Origin: Wickerhamiella versatilis
Taxonomy: Eukaryota
Direction of reading: 5' to 3'
Assembly (NCBI GenBank): GCA_030867685.1
Contig: JAQOWU010000001.1
Span: forward strand, 434,001-498,000
DNA: 64,000 nt
Position numbers and translations under genes: made by a program. The notes beneath the pieces were generated by a model. The model did no database searches, was not told the DNA's origin, and was given only the letters and a program-made list of their open reading frames with translations. Below, piece by piece: positions 9,944-20,048 of this stretch (positions within the stretch are counted from its first letter, which is position 1; every line of letters begins with the position of its first letter).

Positions 9944-10172
9944 CGTACAGTACAGAAAAGTTTAAAGTTGCCTAAGTCTGGTGATAGAAACTCATACACA
10001 CCGTAATATAAACGTTCAAGCTAAACTAAATCTTTACTCGGTTGCTCCCTAAGCTTGCCATCCGGCAAAAGCCTTATAACATACTCTCATAGAGAAGTAA
10101 TGTTCCAGTTTTTTTGTTCTACTTCTCAATCGAAATTTCTAATGGAAGATAATATAAAGCTACGTAAGTAGA

Positions 10173-10655
10173 TTAGATGTAGGTCTCGTAAGGCACCGGT
10201 GCAATGGTCTCTGGCTTGGCCGCAAGACTCAAAACGTGGCCAGGGCGTGGCTGAGCTGGCTGGCGCTTGAGCTGGACACGCTCACCCTTCTCACGGGCCT
10301 CGATCTTCTTGGCAGCAGTCTCCTGGACGCGCTTAATGAAGTCGAGCCGGCACTTGGAGTGACGAACGTGCTCGATGCGGACGCTAAGACGCTTCTCAAC
10401 GTAGCGGTTACGAACGATTTTGTATACAATCACACCCAAAGCAGACTTGGTGACGTTGAATACAACACCGGTCTTGCCGTGGTAGTACTTGTAAGGGAGA
10501 CCCTTCTGGATAGCACCGTTGCCAACGATGTCCACGACATCACCGACACGGTAGTTCGTCAGGTAGACCGTAGTGGGAAGAACACCGTGGTTCTTGAAGC
10601 CACGACTGAAGCAGTAACGGGTCTGAGCGCGCGCTCCGCGTGATACACCACCCAT
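10173..10655 (-). CDS. RPL21: 60S ribosomal protein eL21
   Basis: TRYCFSRGF...GDVVDI...KGLPYKYYHGKTG...RIEHVRHSKCR. ATG at 10655; the ORF-track extension upstream is spurious. Strong codon bias. Confidence 0.95.
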   Translation of the reverse strand: MGGVSRGARAQTRYCFSRGFKNHGVLPTTVYLTNYRVGDVVDIVGNGAIQKGLPYKYYHGKTGVVFNVTKSALGVIVYKIVRNRYVEKRLSVRIEHVRHSKCRLDFIKRVQETAAKKIEAREKGERVQLKRQPAQPRPGHVLSLAAKPETIAPVPYETYI

Positions 10656-10710
10656 ACTGAAGTTACGAACGCACGATTCAGGGTTGCAAGGTGAGTCGTT
10701 AGCCAGATAC

Positions 10711-10735
10711 AAGCCCTTATTACAAACAAGGGCTT
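10711..10735. promoter_or_regulatory. Inverted repeat AAGCCCTT-N9-AAGGGCTT, Tbf1-like ribosomal-protein promoter element
   Basis: Perfect 8-bp inverted repeat 56-80 nt upstream of the RPL21 ATG; related TTAGGG(CTT) sites lie upstream of RPS9 and RPS22. Confidence 0.45.
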
Positions 10736-11169
10736 TGTTACATAATACTGAGTGCACCGTATGAGTGGAATAGAAATCGCTCTAAAACAAGAAATTGTAG
10801 TATAGTATACCGACTATATTTTAACCGGTCAAAAAATTGCTCTTAGATATACACGATTACTCTGTAATAATTCTTTTTTACTTAGAATTGATAAGTGTTG
10901 GCCATGCGACGAATCTAAAGAGGGGCCAAAAGCTAATGCAATGGATAGAGCAATCGATATCTCTGTCTTATACAAATCATCATAGTGAAGTTTGTGCTCA
11001 AACAACTGAGTTCACTACCTGGGGAGTCTTGTTTGAGATATCGAACTGTCCCTTAGCATGATTATCTAATTAGGGTACAGGGCCCTGGTTTACTAGTGCA
11101 CTCTTTCCCATTCATTCACGTTAGTTGCCAGCCCAGCAGCGAGTCTCGGACTACTCGTAATAAGAAAAG

Positions 11170-11751
11170 ATGCCTAGTGTCCCTCGCAACCAGTCCAAGA
11201 CTTATTCCACGCCTAAGCGTCCCTTCGAGAGTGAGCGTCTTGATGCCGAGTTGAAGCTTTGCGGTGAGTTCGGTCTCCGCAACAAGCGTGAGATTTACCG
11301 CATTGGTCTCCAGCTCTCCAAGATTCGTCGTGCCGCTCGTGAGCTTCTTACCCGTGATGAGAAGGACCCAAAGCGCCTTTTCGAGGGTAACGCCTTGATT
11401 CGCCGTTTGGTACGCGCCGGTATTCTCACCGAGGACAGAATGAAGCTGGATTACGTCCTTTCTTTGTCTATCGAGGATTTCCTTGAGCGTCGTCTCCAGA
11501 CCCAGGTGTTCAAGCTTGGTCTTGCCCGCTCTATCCACCACGCTCGTATCCTTATCACCCAGCGTCACATCGCCGTTGGCAAGCAGATTGTTAACGTCCC
11601 TAGCTTCCTCGTGCGTCTTGATAGCCAGAAGCACATCGATTTCTCTCCCAAATCTCCATTTGGTGGTGGCCGTCCTGGCCGTGTTGCACGCCGTAACGCA
11701 AAGAAGACCGAGGAAGGTGGCGAAGAAGGCGGCGAGGAGGAAGAGGAGTAA
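11170..11751 (+). CDS. RPS9: 40S ribosomal protein uS4 (S9)
   Basis: [12 protein letters not shown]...GLRNKREI...[21 protein letters not shown]; intronless CDS. Confidence 0.98.
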   Translation: MPSVPRNQSKTYSTPKRPFESERLDAELKLCGEFGLRNKREIYRIGLQLSKIRRAARELLTRDEKDPKRLFEGNALIRRLVRAGILTEDRMKLDYVLSLSIEDFLERRLQTQVFKLGLARSIHHARILITQRHIAVGKQIVNVPSFLVRLDSQKHIDFSPKSPFGGGRPGRVARRNAKKTEEGGEEGGEEEEE

Positions 11752-11822
11752 ACTTGATTTGCTTTCTGTCCGCCTGTTTGTTAATATATAACATAAAATT
11801 CTGAAATGGATCTAGCACTTAT

Positions 11823-12023
11823 TTGATGAGATTGGTATAGCTTGTAGCCAGTGAGCAGGTGTGTATATGCGTGTTCGTATGGCTACCTACTAGGCTAGTC
11901 TTCGGATGGTATGGTCGATGTCTGTACCAATCTCGCGAGCAAGACGATACTCTAGCACACTAGAATAGTCTTATTATGCGTATGAAATACTACGGATGAG
12001 GCCATTGTTAAGCTGGAACATAA
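11823..12023 (+). ncRNA. Candidate structured ncRNA, probably a box H/ACA snoRNA
   Basis: Stem 11828-11837/11925-11934, inner stem GTAGCCA/TGGCTAC, cUUCGg loop, H box AGACGA at 11942, second hairpin TCTAGC/GCTGGA followed by ACA at 12018-12020. G-U pairs favour the + strand. Confidence 0.55.
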
Positions 12024-12196
12024 TTGCGAGGCAGATAGAAACTTGCAAAATCCGGAAGGTCGTAAGGGTTTAGTTATTGTTTATAATATGATGCAAAAGT
12101 TTTCACTACTCACAACGCTCTCATATATGTAAAGTCAATATTAAGGAAAACAAAATATAGTTGAGGTAAACAAGATTACAAAACTTCTCTAATCAT

Positions 12197-14872
12197 ATGT
12201 CAGTCGATGCGCTAGTGCGCGCACTTGATGGACTACAGCACGATGCTATGCATCGGAATGAGTATAATGAATGGCTGCAGCGCTGGCAGCGCAGTCCTGA
12301 TGCATGGCAAGTCTCATATGATGTGTTGGCGGACTCCGATGCTGATCGAGCTTTGAAAATATTCTGTGCCCAAACGTTACGACATAAGATAGCTTATGAT
12401 CTTCACCAGGCTCCCAGAGGCTCCCGATTGGCGTTAAAGGATCAGGTTCTCGATTTGATGGAACAAAACTTACAACTTGTTGCGGTTGTCGGTGTTCAGT
12501 TGTGTGTTGCACTCGCAGCCTTTGCAATGCAGGTTCCCGAATGGGAAAATCCCCTTGTAGAACTAGCCTCTCGCTTTGATGCTCCAGAGTTTGTTCCTCT
12601 CTTGTTTGAGTTTCTTCGCGTTCTTCCAGAGGAATTCAGCTCAAATCGGTTGACCCTCCTCCTAGACGCTGAACAACGGAGGGACAGGGCCGAGGATCTT
12701 GTGCAAAATAACGCACCTATGGTCTTGAGATTTCTTGCTGAGCGTGCAGAATATATGGCAAATACGAACAGAGCTTTATTTTTCGAAACACTTAATCCTT
12801 GGCTTCGTGAAGTCGAGGTAGCGTCTGTTGTACAAAGCCCGCTACTGGAATGGATATCTAATGCAATGAATGATGATGATGCTAGAGAGGCAGCCTCTGA
12901 TTGTCTGTGCACGCTTATACACGAAACTGATGATGTTCGAGAGCCTCTTGTTCAAAAATCGGTTGAACTCTTATTTCCTTGCATTATGGCCCTTCGGCCC
13001 CTGCTAACTCAGGCTGCAAATGAACCGGAGCTTTATCGTGATGTCACCCGTGTCGTTGCACAAGCAGCGGAAGACTGGCATGTTCTTTGCTGCACCAACT
13101 ACTCTGAATTTTCCCCACTGGTCGAATTATTGGCCGACTGCATAGAAGTTCCCGATGCAGACCTTGAAGTAATCGAGTACACCTTCACATTTTTTGACCG
13201 CATCAGGCTGGTTCTAGATGCTCCTGCTTATGAGGAAGTTCGCAAATCTTATTCTCCTCTATTTTTACGGCTTATAAGTGCATTTACAAGCTTTTTACAA
13301 TTCCCAACGCAATTCTCTAATTTAGAGGAGGAAGATAAGTTCCGAGACTTTCGCTATGATATCGGAGATATGCTGAAAGTATGCTCTTTTGTAGCTGGCC
13401 CAGATAATGCCTTAAAACACTGCCAATTGCAGTTGGAACGACTAATCTCGGCAAAAAGCAGTTGGGAGCCCATAGAGGCTATTTTATTCTGTGTCAGGGC
13501 GCTTGCGCGCACTGTACCAGAGGATTCATCGGCGCTCGCATCAATTCTCGCTCTCTTCCCTAGTCTTCCTGCGCAGGAGCGCATAATTCATGCAGCATTA
13601 CTTATTATGGGTCGCTATAGCCGCTGGGCTGCACATAAACCTGAAATTATAGTTTTTGAGCTTGAATATATGACGTCAAATGTCCACTCCCAGTGGTTCG
13701 AGTGTCGTAGAGCAGCGGCGCATTCACTTATGTTTTTCTGTAATGACTGTGCCGAAATATTGACGCCATATATTCCAAAATTTATCGAATTTTATAAAAC
13801 ACTGAGTGGTTCTGCGGAGCTTGAGTCATTGTGTAAAATATCTGACGGACTTGGGGCGATAGTTGCAGCATTGCCCGCTAACGAACAGCTTCCAGTCTTG
13901 CAGCAATTTGTTGATCCTGTAATAAGGCGTATTGAGGAGAGCCCAGTAGATTTAGATTCCGCTGCTAATGATTTGATGGGGATCGGCTCTTTCCTTGCCT
14001 TACAACGCGGTGATCCGCTCTCAGAGATCGTGCGGTCTCACAATACAACTATGACAGGCCTAATTACGACTTATGGTCCCACACATGCCCTTCTGACAGA
14101 AGCAGTGGTTCGATATTATACACAAGCTTGTCGTAATGCCCCCAAAGCTGTATATCAGGTTCTTGGTACACTTTTGCAGCCAATAGCAATACTCGCAGGT
14201 GAAAAACCGTGGCTCTTTTTCTGGGAATTTGGCGGAGCACTCGCTCAAGCATTCCCTGAGGATCCATTGATATGGGAGTTCGACCACCTGCTCGTCGGAC
14301 AGCTTTTACTTCACTTGGCTAAACAGGCGGATCCGGAGCTGATTGAAGTGGGCTTCCATTTCCTGTGCGATATGGTCACTAATTTCGCGCCTCAGTTTCT
14401 TCCCTCTCCAGACCTGCCTAAGGCAGTAGAAATGGCAGCAGCAGTTCTCGCGACCGCAGATGATTCGCAGGCACTGATAGCTGTGGGCCACTACTTTGAA
14501 GATCTTGCAACATATTGCCCTTATTCTGGGCAATCACCATACTCAGTATATCTTGAACAAGCCTTCACTGCGCAGGGACTGATAATTTTACAAGGTATAT
14601 TTGATGGGCTTTTAAGACGATTCGATGAAAATGTCTGGGGACGAATGGAGAGTATACTCAACCTAATCTTTCGCACTTGCCTTGCATCCACCATGGGGTG
14701 GGTTCAACAAGTTCTGGCTGCATTGCCTGAGGACTCAGTCAGCGACGAGGAGAGGTTTGAGTTCTCTCAGCATTTATTCAATGAACTGGCTTCTCAGCGA
14801 TTCAATAATGTTGGACGCGTGATTAATGACTTTGTTCAGGCATACAGTGAACGCAATTATGCACCACGATGA
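12197..14872 (+). CDS. MTR10: Importin-beta family karyopherin Mtr10 (transportin-SR)
   Basis: WLQRWQRSPDAW, FCAQTLRHKIAYDL, FLRVLPEE, EEEDKFRDFRYDIGDMLK; HEAT-repeat character. Confidence 0.9.
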   Translation: MSVDALVRALDGLQHDAMHRNEYNEWLQRWQRSPDAWQVSYDVLADSDADRALKIFCAQTLRHKIAYDLHQAPRGSRLALKDQVLDLMEQNLQLVAVVGVQLCVALAAFAMQVPEWENPLVELASRFDAPEFVPLLFEFLRVLPEEFSSNRLTLLLDAEQRRDRAEDLVQNNAPMVLRFLAERAEYMANTNRALFFETLNPWLREVEVASVVQSPLLEWISNAMNDDDAREAASDCLCTLIHETDDVREPLVQKSVELLFPCIMALRPLLTQAANEPELYRDVTRVVAQAAEDWHVLCCTNYSEFSPLVELLADCIEVPDADLEVIEYTFTFFDRIRLVLDAPAYEEVRKSYSPLFLRLISAFTSFLQFPTQFSNLEEEDKFRDFRYDIGDMLKVCSFVAGPDNALKHCQLQLERLISAKSSWEPIEAILFCVRALARTVPEDSSALASILALFPSLPAQERIIHAALLIMGRYSRWAAHKPEIIVFELEYMTSNVHSQWFECRRAAAHSLMFFCNDCAEILTPYIPKFIEFYKTLSGSAELESLCKISDGLGAIVAALPANEQLPVLQQFVDPVIRRIEESPVDLDSAANDLMGIGSFLALQRGDPLSEIVRSHNTTMTGLITTYGPTHALLTEAVVRYYTQACRNAPKAVYQVLGTLLQPIAILAGEKPWLFFWEFGGALAQAFPEDPLIWEFDHLLVGQLLLHLAKQADPELIEVGFHFLCDMVTNFAPQFLPSPDLPKAVEMAAAVLATADDSQALIAVGHYFEDLATYCPYSGQSPYSVYLEQAFTAQGLIILQGIFDGLLRRFDENVWGRMESILNLIFRTCLASTMGWVQQVLAALPEDSVSDEERFEFSQHLFNELASQRFNNVGRVINDFVQAYSERNYAPR

Positions 14873-14977
14873 CGATTTATAACCCTCCCGACTAGGTCAT
14901 TATAATATTCCTAGCTTAAGAGACTAAAATTAAGTTATGATAACGATTGTTAATTGCGTGCACTCATACCCTTATTT

Positions 14978-16039
14978 TTATTTCGCGAATGCCATATGTC
15001 GTGGACTGTCCCCAGTGAGTGCACATCGATCATAATGTCGCTTTAAAGAGTCTTGACGGCTGAAACGGTTCATGCAAAAGCAGCACTGAAAAGGCTTCTC
15101 AGGCAGATGTGTTGGGGCATGCCGATGAAATAAACTTGACCGAGGCATAACTTCCGGACACAGCGAGCATTTAAATGTACTGTCGCGTAACTTTATTGGT
15201 CGCAGATCCCTCTCTCTCAGCATATCGTGGTATCTTGCTATCTGTATGGCCATGCTGTCAACAAATTTTCGTTTAGTCTCATGTGAGGGGGGTTTGAGCT
15301 TCCGGGCAATATATTGCTGACGCTTCGACTCAGCCTCAGTGAGATCTTTGCGCTTGATATCCAAATCATGGTGTAGCGGTTGCGTTGGTTTCGTTTCAAA
15401 ATTGGGTCTAACACTATTATTGATGAGTGGTAACGGCACCAGTGACGCCTGGGGATAAGAAGGTTGTACAAAATGTCCATATCCCTGAGGTAGCATCTGT
15501 GGGATCTGCTGGGAATTAGATGGCTGCGGCATCAACGATACTGGTAATGCAGACAATGGCGGTACCTCAGAGCTTTTATCGTTATCTGGCGATTGGTTCT
15601 GCATCACAGCTACAGATTGCGATGCGCCCAAAGACATCTGGGCAACCATTGGACCCATCGTGGTCCCAACCATGACTGGATATGGTTGGTTTCTGAAATC
15701 CTGCGCCCCATTGCTTCCTGATTGCACTTGACTGCTGTTTTCCGGGGTAATTGCTCCCGCATTTTGCCCACTATTACCGCCTGACTGCATGCATGACTGC
15801 ATAGCTTGAGGCATTGAAGGCCACGCTACTAGAAAGACCATAGGTTGCATTGGAACGCCTTCTTGTTGTGGAGCTTGCGGGTGAAGTGCCATTTGAGGCT
15901 GCGACTTACAATTGGTAGGCAAACTCGTAGCTTTATTAGACAAACTAATCCCTTCTTGTTTATTTTCATTGGCCTGCATCTGATTTGGAGGCTCTGTTGT
16001 CTCACCTGGAGCCTCCGGAGCCACACACTCAGGGTTCAT
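14978..16039 (-). CDS. C2H2 zinc-finger transcription factor with Q/P/M-rich N-terminus
   Basis: FKCSLC...HAPTH-LPEKPF-QCCFC..FSRQDSLKRHYDRC (second finger is C2HC). Confidence 0.8.
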   Translation of the reverse strand: MNPECVAPEAPGETTEPPNQMQANENKQEGISLSNKATSLPTNCKSQPQMALHPQAPQQEGVPMQPMVFLVAWPSMPQAMQSCMQSGGNSGQNAGAITPENSSQVQSGSNGAQDFRNQPYPVMVGTTMGPMVAQMSLGASQSVAVMQNQSPDNDKSSEVPPLSALPVSLMPQPSNSQQIPQMLPQGYGHFVQPSYPQASLVPLPLINNSVRPNFETKPTQPLHHDLDIKRKDLTEAESKRQQYIARKLKPPSHETKRKFVDSMAIQIARYHDMLRERDLRPIKLRDSTFKCSLCPEVMPRSSLFHRHAPTHLPEKPFQCCFCMNRFSRQDSLKRHYDRCALTGDSPRHMAFAK

Positions 16040-16780
16040 TGGCAGAGCTTACGTATGTGGATCCTGGTGGGAGCGGGCCAACTAACCCACCGCTGACTCA
16101 TAGAGATCTCAATTAATCAATAATGAGCCTAGCCCTAGTCCCCATATCATTGCAAACCAAATTGGCCTCACTTTTTCAATATCCTCCTAATGTTCTTCTG
16201 TTAGTGGGTCCCTCATATTAATTTGTAGACTTCTCAGCAAAACAAGAATTATGCTATATTCATGCCTAATAGACATAGACATAATTTATCGAATTACTGA
16301 CAAAACTCGTCGCAATGAAGCAGTGTGCTATGTAATAATAGACTTATTGATATAGATTACAGTATCATAGTCCTTGAAGAGAGTCACTAGTGCTGTCTCA
16401 AATCGCTGTGAGTTTGATCTTTAACCCTACAACGATGGTGATTGATGCTATGGTAATTAAAGGACAGACAGTTATCAACCGCAACTCATATGTAAATTCT
16501 ATAACTGAAATATACTTTCCAGGCTATTGCAGGGCTTTTCAAGTATGGGTATATTAGAGTGCTATAACTATATTAAACCTTCAGAGCAATTGACCAGATG
16601 CCTCACAAGCTGTAGTAAAATGATTGAGGCTAGTATATGCCAGCAATTTATGAATACCCCACTATCCTCTATCTTAGAGTCTTATCTGCCGATTCGTATG
16701 CACTAAGCAAGGTTACAAATCAATATATCTCGACCTCGAGACGTCAGAAAAAGGCGGAGAAGAGTGCTAGCTCCATACAA

Positions 16781-18475
16781 ATGCATAGCCTAAAGCGTGC
16801 ACGCACTAGATCTGGCTGTTACACGTGTAGGAGAAGAAAAAAGCGCTGCGATGAATCGCATCCTATATGTGGTGCTTGTGAAAGACTTGGTATGGAATGT
16901 AACTTTCCCTCCCCCGGGAGGGAAAATATTAATTCACGTCACAGTGTGAGAAAAAGCACATCTGATCGTCCAAAAACAGAACACGCTAATATGAAGTTTC
17001 TGCCAAACACTTCATTGCAGCAGGCACCAGGTACCTTCACCCCGCCCGAGCTAAACAACAAAGCACTTCCTGGATTTGTACTGGGGCTTACTTGCGAGCT
17101 AAAAAACTCTATCATAAATCCATATGCCATGTCACAAGAGGCGTCGCCCTCGTCCGATCCTTTAGATCCTTTTGATTTGTTAGAAATCAATGCACAGGAC
17201 GAGAACACACATCAAACAGCATCTACACAGCAAGCCCGTGATGAGGAGATAGAGCATAATAGTTCAGGATTTCCGTCAAACGCACCGCTCGATAGAAAAC
17301 AATCCGATGACCTGACTGACTCCATTAGTTATGCACCGTCCACGAAAGAACTTACAGAAAGGTACCCGGACTTGTCTGAGAAAGGTGTTTTACTTTTTGA
17401 GTACTTTAGAGACAAGCAATCTTTGCTGATGTCTGTTTCACCCCTTAACTATTTTAGATCAGTTTATCTTGTCTTTGCACTGCGCTGTAAAGCGGTACTG
17501 TATGCTCTCTTGGCGTGGGCAGGCTTCCATGCAGGGCTTAATGATCAAGGAAATGAGTTTTTTGAAAAAGCCACTAGCCTAGTTCTCAATAAAGAGTCTA
17601 GCAAGCTTGCAAAAGAGGAGCTTTTGGCATCGATTCTGATATTGGCTGCGGCGAAGATTTTTTCCGGAGATATCAAGTACTGGCATGACTATATGAGATG
17701 GGCAGCCGCTGTCATCCAGTCGCATGGTGGGATTTTCTCTTTCATGGAGAGCGACAGTGTCAAATGGCTGTTAAAAAACTTTGCATACAAAGAAATATTG
17801 AGATCTTCCTCGTCTCAGCTTCCAGCATTATTTACACCAGCTGAGTTTGAGTTTATTTTTGCTCAATCTATGTCGACTAAGCTTCCGGATTCACTTTTCG
17901 CTTGCTGTGAGCCTCTTTTTGTTGTGATTTCGATCATTAATGATATGGCATTAAGAGTGGGGAATGTTGCATTGGATGATAGGGGTGCACTAGAATCCAT
18001 CTTCAAGCAAACTCAAGCGATTGAACAACGAATCAAGCTAGCTAAACCGGACGAAAGACTTCTACAGGCGCTTACTGCTGAGGAGAAGAACTTGCAATTA
18101 CATGTATTTCATGTATTTAAAATAGTGGCTTTGCTTCATATTTATCAGGCCGTTCTTCACAGTAATAGTGCTACTCTCAGAATGAGGTACATGAATTTAC
18201 GCCTAATTGAAGCTTTGCATGATTTATTGGGTACGAGTCTTGAAGGCCTTCTTGCTTTTCCTCTATTCATTGCTGGAATATGCTGTTCAGAGGAATCCCA
18301 GAGATCTAAAGTCATTGAAATGTTTAACTCGGTGCAAATTCGCCGGAATTTCACCCATCTAGAACAGGTGCAAATGGTGGTGAAGGAGGTTTGGAGATTA
18401 GACGAACATGGGAATAAATACGTGGATTGGAATGAGCTAATTGAAAGTCAAGGCTTAAATCTAAGCTTCTGCTAG
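16781..18475 (+). CDS. Zn(II)2Cys6 transcription factor with fungal-specific TF domain (Uga3/Lys14-like architecture)
   Basis: RTRSGCYTCRRRKKRCDESHPICGACERLGMEC; C-terminal FPLFIAG...EVW...VDW. The ORF track starts at 16637; 16781 is the more likely ATG. Confidence 0.88.
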   Translation: MHSLKRARTRSGCYTCRRRKKRCDESHPICGACERLGMECNFPSPGRENINSRHSVRKSTSDRPKTEHANMKFLPNTSLQQAPGTFTPPELNNKALPGFVLGLTCELKNSIINPYAMSQEASPSSDPLDPFDLLEINAQDENTHQTASTQQARDEEIEHNSSGFPSNAPLDRKQSDDLTDSISYAPSTKELTERYPDLSEKGVLLFEYFRDKQSLLMSVSPLNYFRSVYLVFALRCKAVLYALLAWAGFHAGLNDQGNEFFEKATSLVLNKESSKLAKEELLASILILAAAKIFSGDIKYWHDYMRWAAAVIQSHGGIFSFMESDSVKWLLKNFAYKEILRSSSSQLPALFTPAEFEFIFAQSMSTKLPDSLFACCEPLFVVISIINDMALRVGNVALDDRGALESIFKQTQAIEQRIKLAKPDERLLQALTAEEKNLQLHVFHVFKIVALLHIYQAVLHSNSATLRMRYMNLRLIEALHDLLGTSLEGLLAFPLFIAGICCSEESQRSKVIEMFNSVQIRRNFTHLEQVQMVVKEVWRLDEHGNKYVDWNELIESQGLNLSFC

Positions 18476-18572
18476 GTGCGTGATAGCTATTTGCGTTGCA
18501 GGCGCACGAGTGGAGTCCTTTAGCACGTGATCTGATAGTGTAATCAATGGACTCTATGTGAACTCGCGTATA

Positions 18573-19223
18573 ATGGATAACTCCAGCAGAGCAGGATCTA
18601 AAAAAGGATCAGGAGGAATCGCTACCCAGGGAGCAGAAGAGCTACAGCGCAAGAAGAGGATTAACCAGCTATTTCAGGAGACAGTTGACCTCAGCAAGGA
18701 CCCATATATTTACCGTCACTCCACAGGCAAATATGAGTGCCGACTGTGCTTGACGATGCATAGGGACGAGAGTTCGTACCTTGCACACACAGGAGCTCGA
18801 AAACATAGAGAGAATTTAGAACGACGCAGAGTTCTTGACGAGGCAGATCGCCAACGTGACATTACACCACAAGGAGGGGCTTCTTCGATTCCTAAAAAAG
18901 ACCGTGTGGCCTCATTAAAAGTGGAAAAGTTTAATGTTTCGAAAATTAAGGACCCAATCACGGGTGCAATAGGCTGTCTGGTTCAATTAACTTTGCCTGA
19001 GGCATCAAAACCACTTCATCGCTTCATGTCCGCCTATGAGCAGCATGTTGAGAAAAGAAACGGTAGATTCCAGTATCTGGTGATAGCTGCAGAACCTTAT
19101 GAAAATGTCGCTATCAAGATTCCATCACCACAGATTGACCGGGACAGTCTACTCGAGAATTGGGATTCTGACAACGGAATTTATACAATGCAATTCCTTT
19201 GGCCTCCAGTAACGGAGTTTTAG
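18573..19223 (+). CDS. PRP11: U2 snRNP SF3a subunit 2 (Sap62)
   Basis: RAGSKKGSGG, DLSKDPY, YECRLCLTMH..HTGARKH, HRFMSAYEQ, AAEPYENVAIKIP. Confidence 0.93.
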   Translation: MDNSSRAGSKKGSGGIATQGAEELQRKKRINQLFQETVDLSKDPYIYRHSTGKYECRLCLTMHRDESSYLAHTGARKHRENLERRRVLDEADRQRDITPQGGASSIPKKDRVASLKVEKFNVSKIKDPITGAIGCLVQLTLPEASKPLHRFMSAYEQHVEKRNGRFQYLVIAAEPYENVAIKIPSPQIDRDSLLENWDSDNGIYTMQFLWPPVTEF

Positions 19224-19390
19224 CACATTACACCCACACTAATTCTATTTAACCAAGATGCGATTATATCAAGATCAAGATCAATGTAGTAATTACTAAT
19301 ATGGACTTAGGGCTTATTATGTAACACACTCATCCCAAACCGAGTGTCCGAAATTGTCTGGCAGTTCACTGTAATAGCCCAGGAAAAAAA

Positions 19391-19937
19391 AGTAAGTGCC
19401 CAATTGGAGCTGGTCTCTCAGGAGTACTGAGACACACCGGACTCTCTGCTATGGATTCAGAATCCTGTCAGATTGGCCGGACACTCTGGACCCCTGAAGG
19501 GCCGGTTTCACCATTATAGATGGTGTGAACCTATACTAACCATAGTGACCCGTACATCTGTCCTAGCTGACGCCTTGAAGACTATTCATAACGCTGAGAA
19601 GGCCGGTAAGCGCCAGGTTCTTGTCCGTCCTGCCTCTAAGGTTATCATCCGCTTTTTGCAGGTGATCCAGAAGCACGGCTACATCAACGACTTCGAGTTC
19701 GTTGATGACCACCGCTCCGGAAAGATCGTTGTGTTCTTGAACGGCCGTCTTAACAAGGTTGGCGTTATCAGCCCTCGCTTCAACTTGAAGATTAACGATA
19801 TCGAGGAGTGGGTTACCAGCCTTCTTCCTTCTCGCCAGTTCGGTTACATCATTCTCACCACTTCCGCTGGCATTATGGACCACGAGGAGGCTCGCCGGAA
19901 GCACGTCGCTGGTAAGATCCTCGGGTTTGTGTACTAA
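19391..19937 (+). CDS. RPS22: 40S ribosomal protein uS8 (S22/S15a); join(19391,19546..19937)
   Basis: [10 protein letters not shown]...GKRQVLVRP...DDHRSGKI...MDHEEARRK. The ATG is formed only after splicing (A^TG). Confidence 0.93.
19392..19545 (+). other. Spliceosomal intron (154 nt) inside the RPS22 start codon
   Basis: 5' splice site GTAAGT at 19392, branch point TACTAAC at 19534-19540, 3' splice site TAG ending 19545; splicing yields ATG ACC CGT in frame. Confidence 0.9.
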
Positions 19938-20048
19938 GTAGAATTGTTAATAAAACGCATGAATTACTAGACTGGAAGCGAAGTAGCACTCGCCGTATAG
20001 ATTCGTCGGGAGTCTGACCAATAAATTTGGATCGGGACAGGATGAAGA

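Noticed and set aside
10656-10757. ORF-track N-terminal extension of RPL21 and a GCTAAC branch-like motif
   Set aside because: Non-ATG start, no homology to eL21 and no convincing 5' splice site
11116-11634. Long antisense ORFs over RPS9 (also over RPL21, RPS22 and others)
   Set aside because: Shadow ORFs expected from codon bias in real genes on the opposite strand
11993-12042. Hammerhead-like GATGAG...GAAAC
   Set aside because: The core reads CGGATGA rather than CTGANGA, and the required stems do not form
16053-16103. Intron-like GTATGT...ACTAAC...TAG on the + strand
   Set aside because: It is antisense to the nearest gene and about 680 nt from the next + strand start; no exon context supports it
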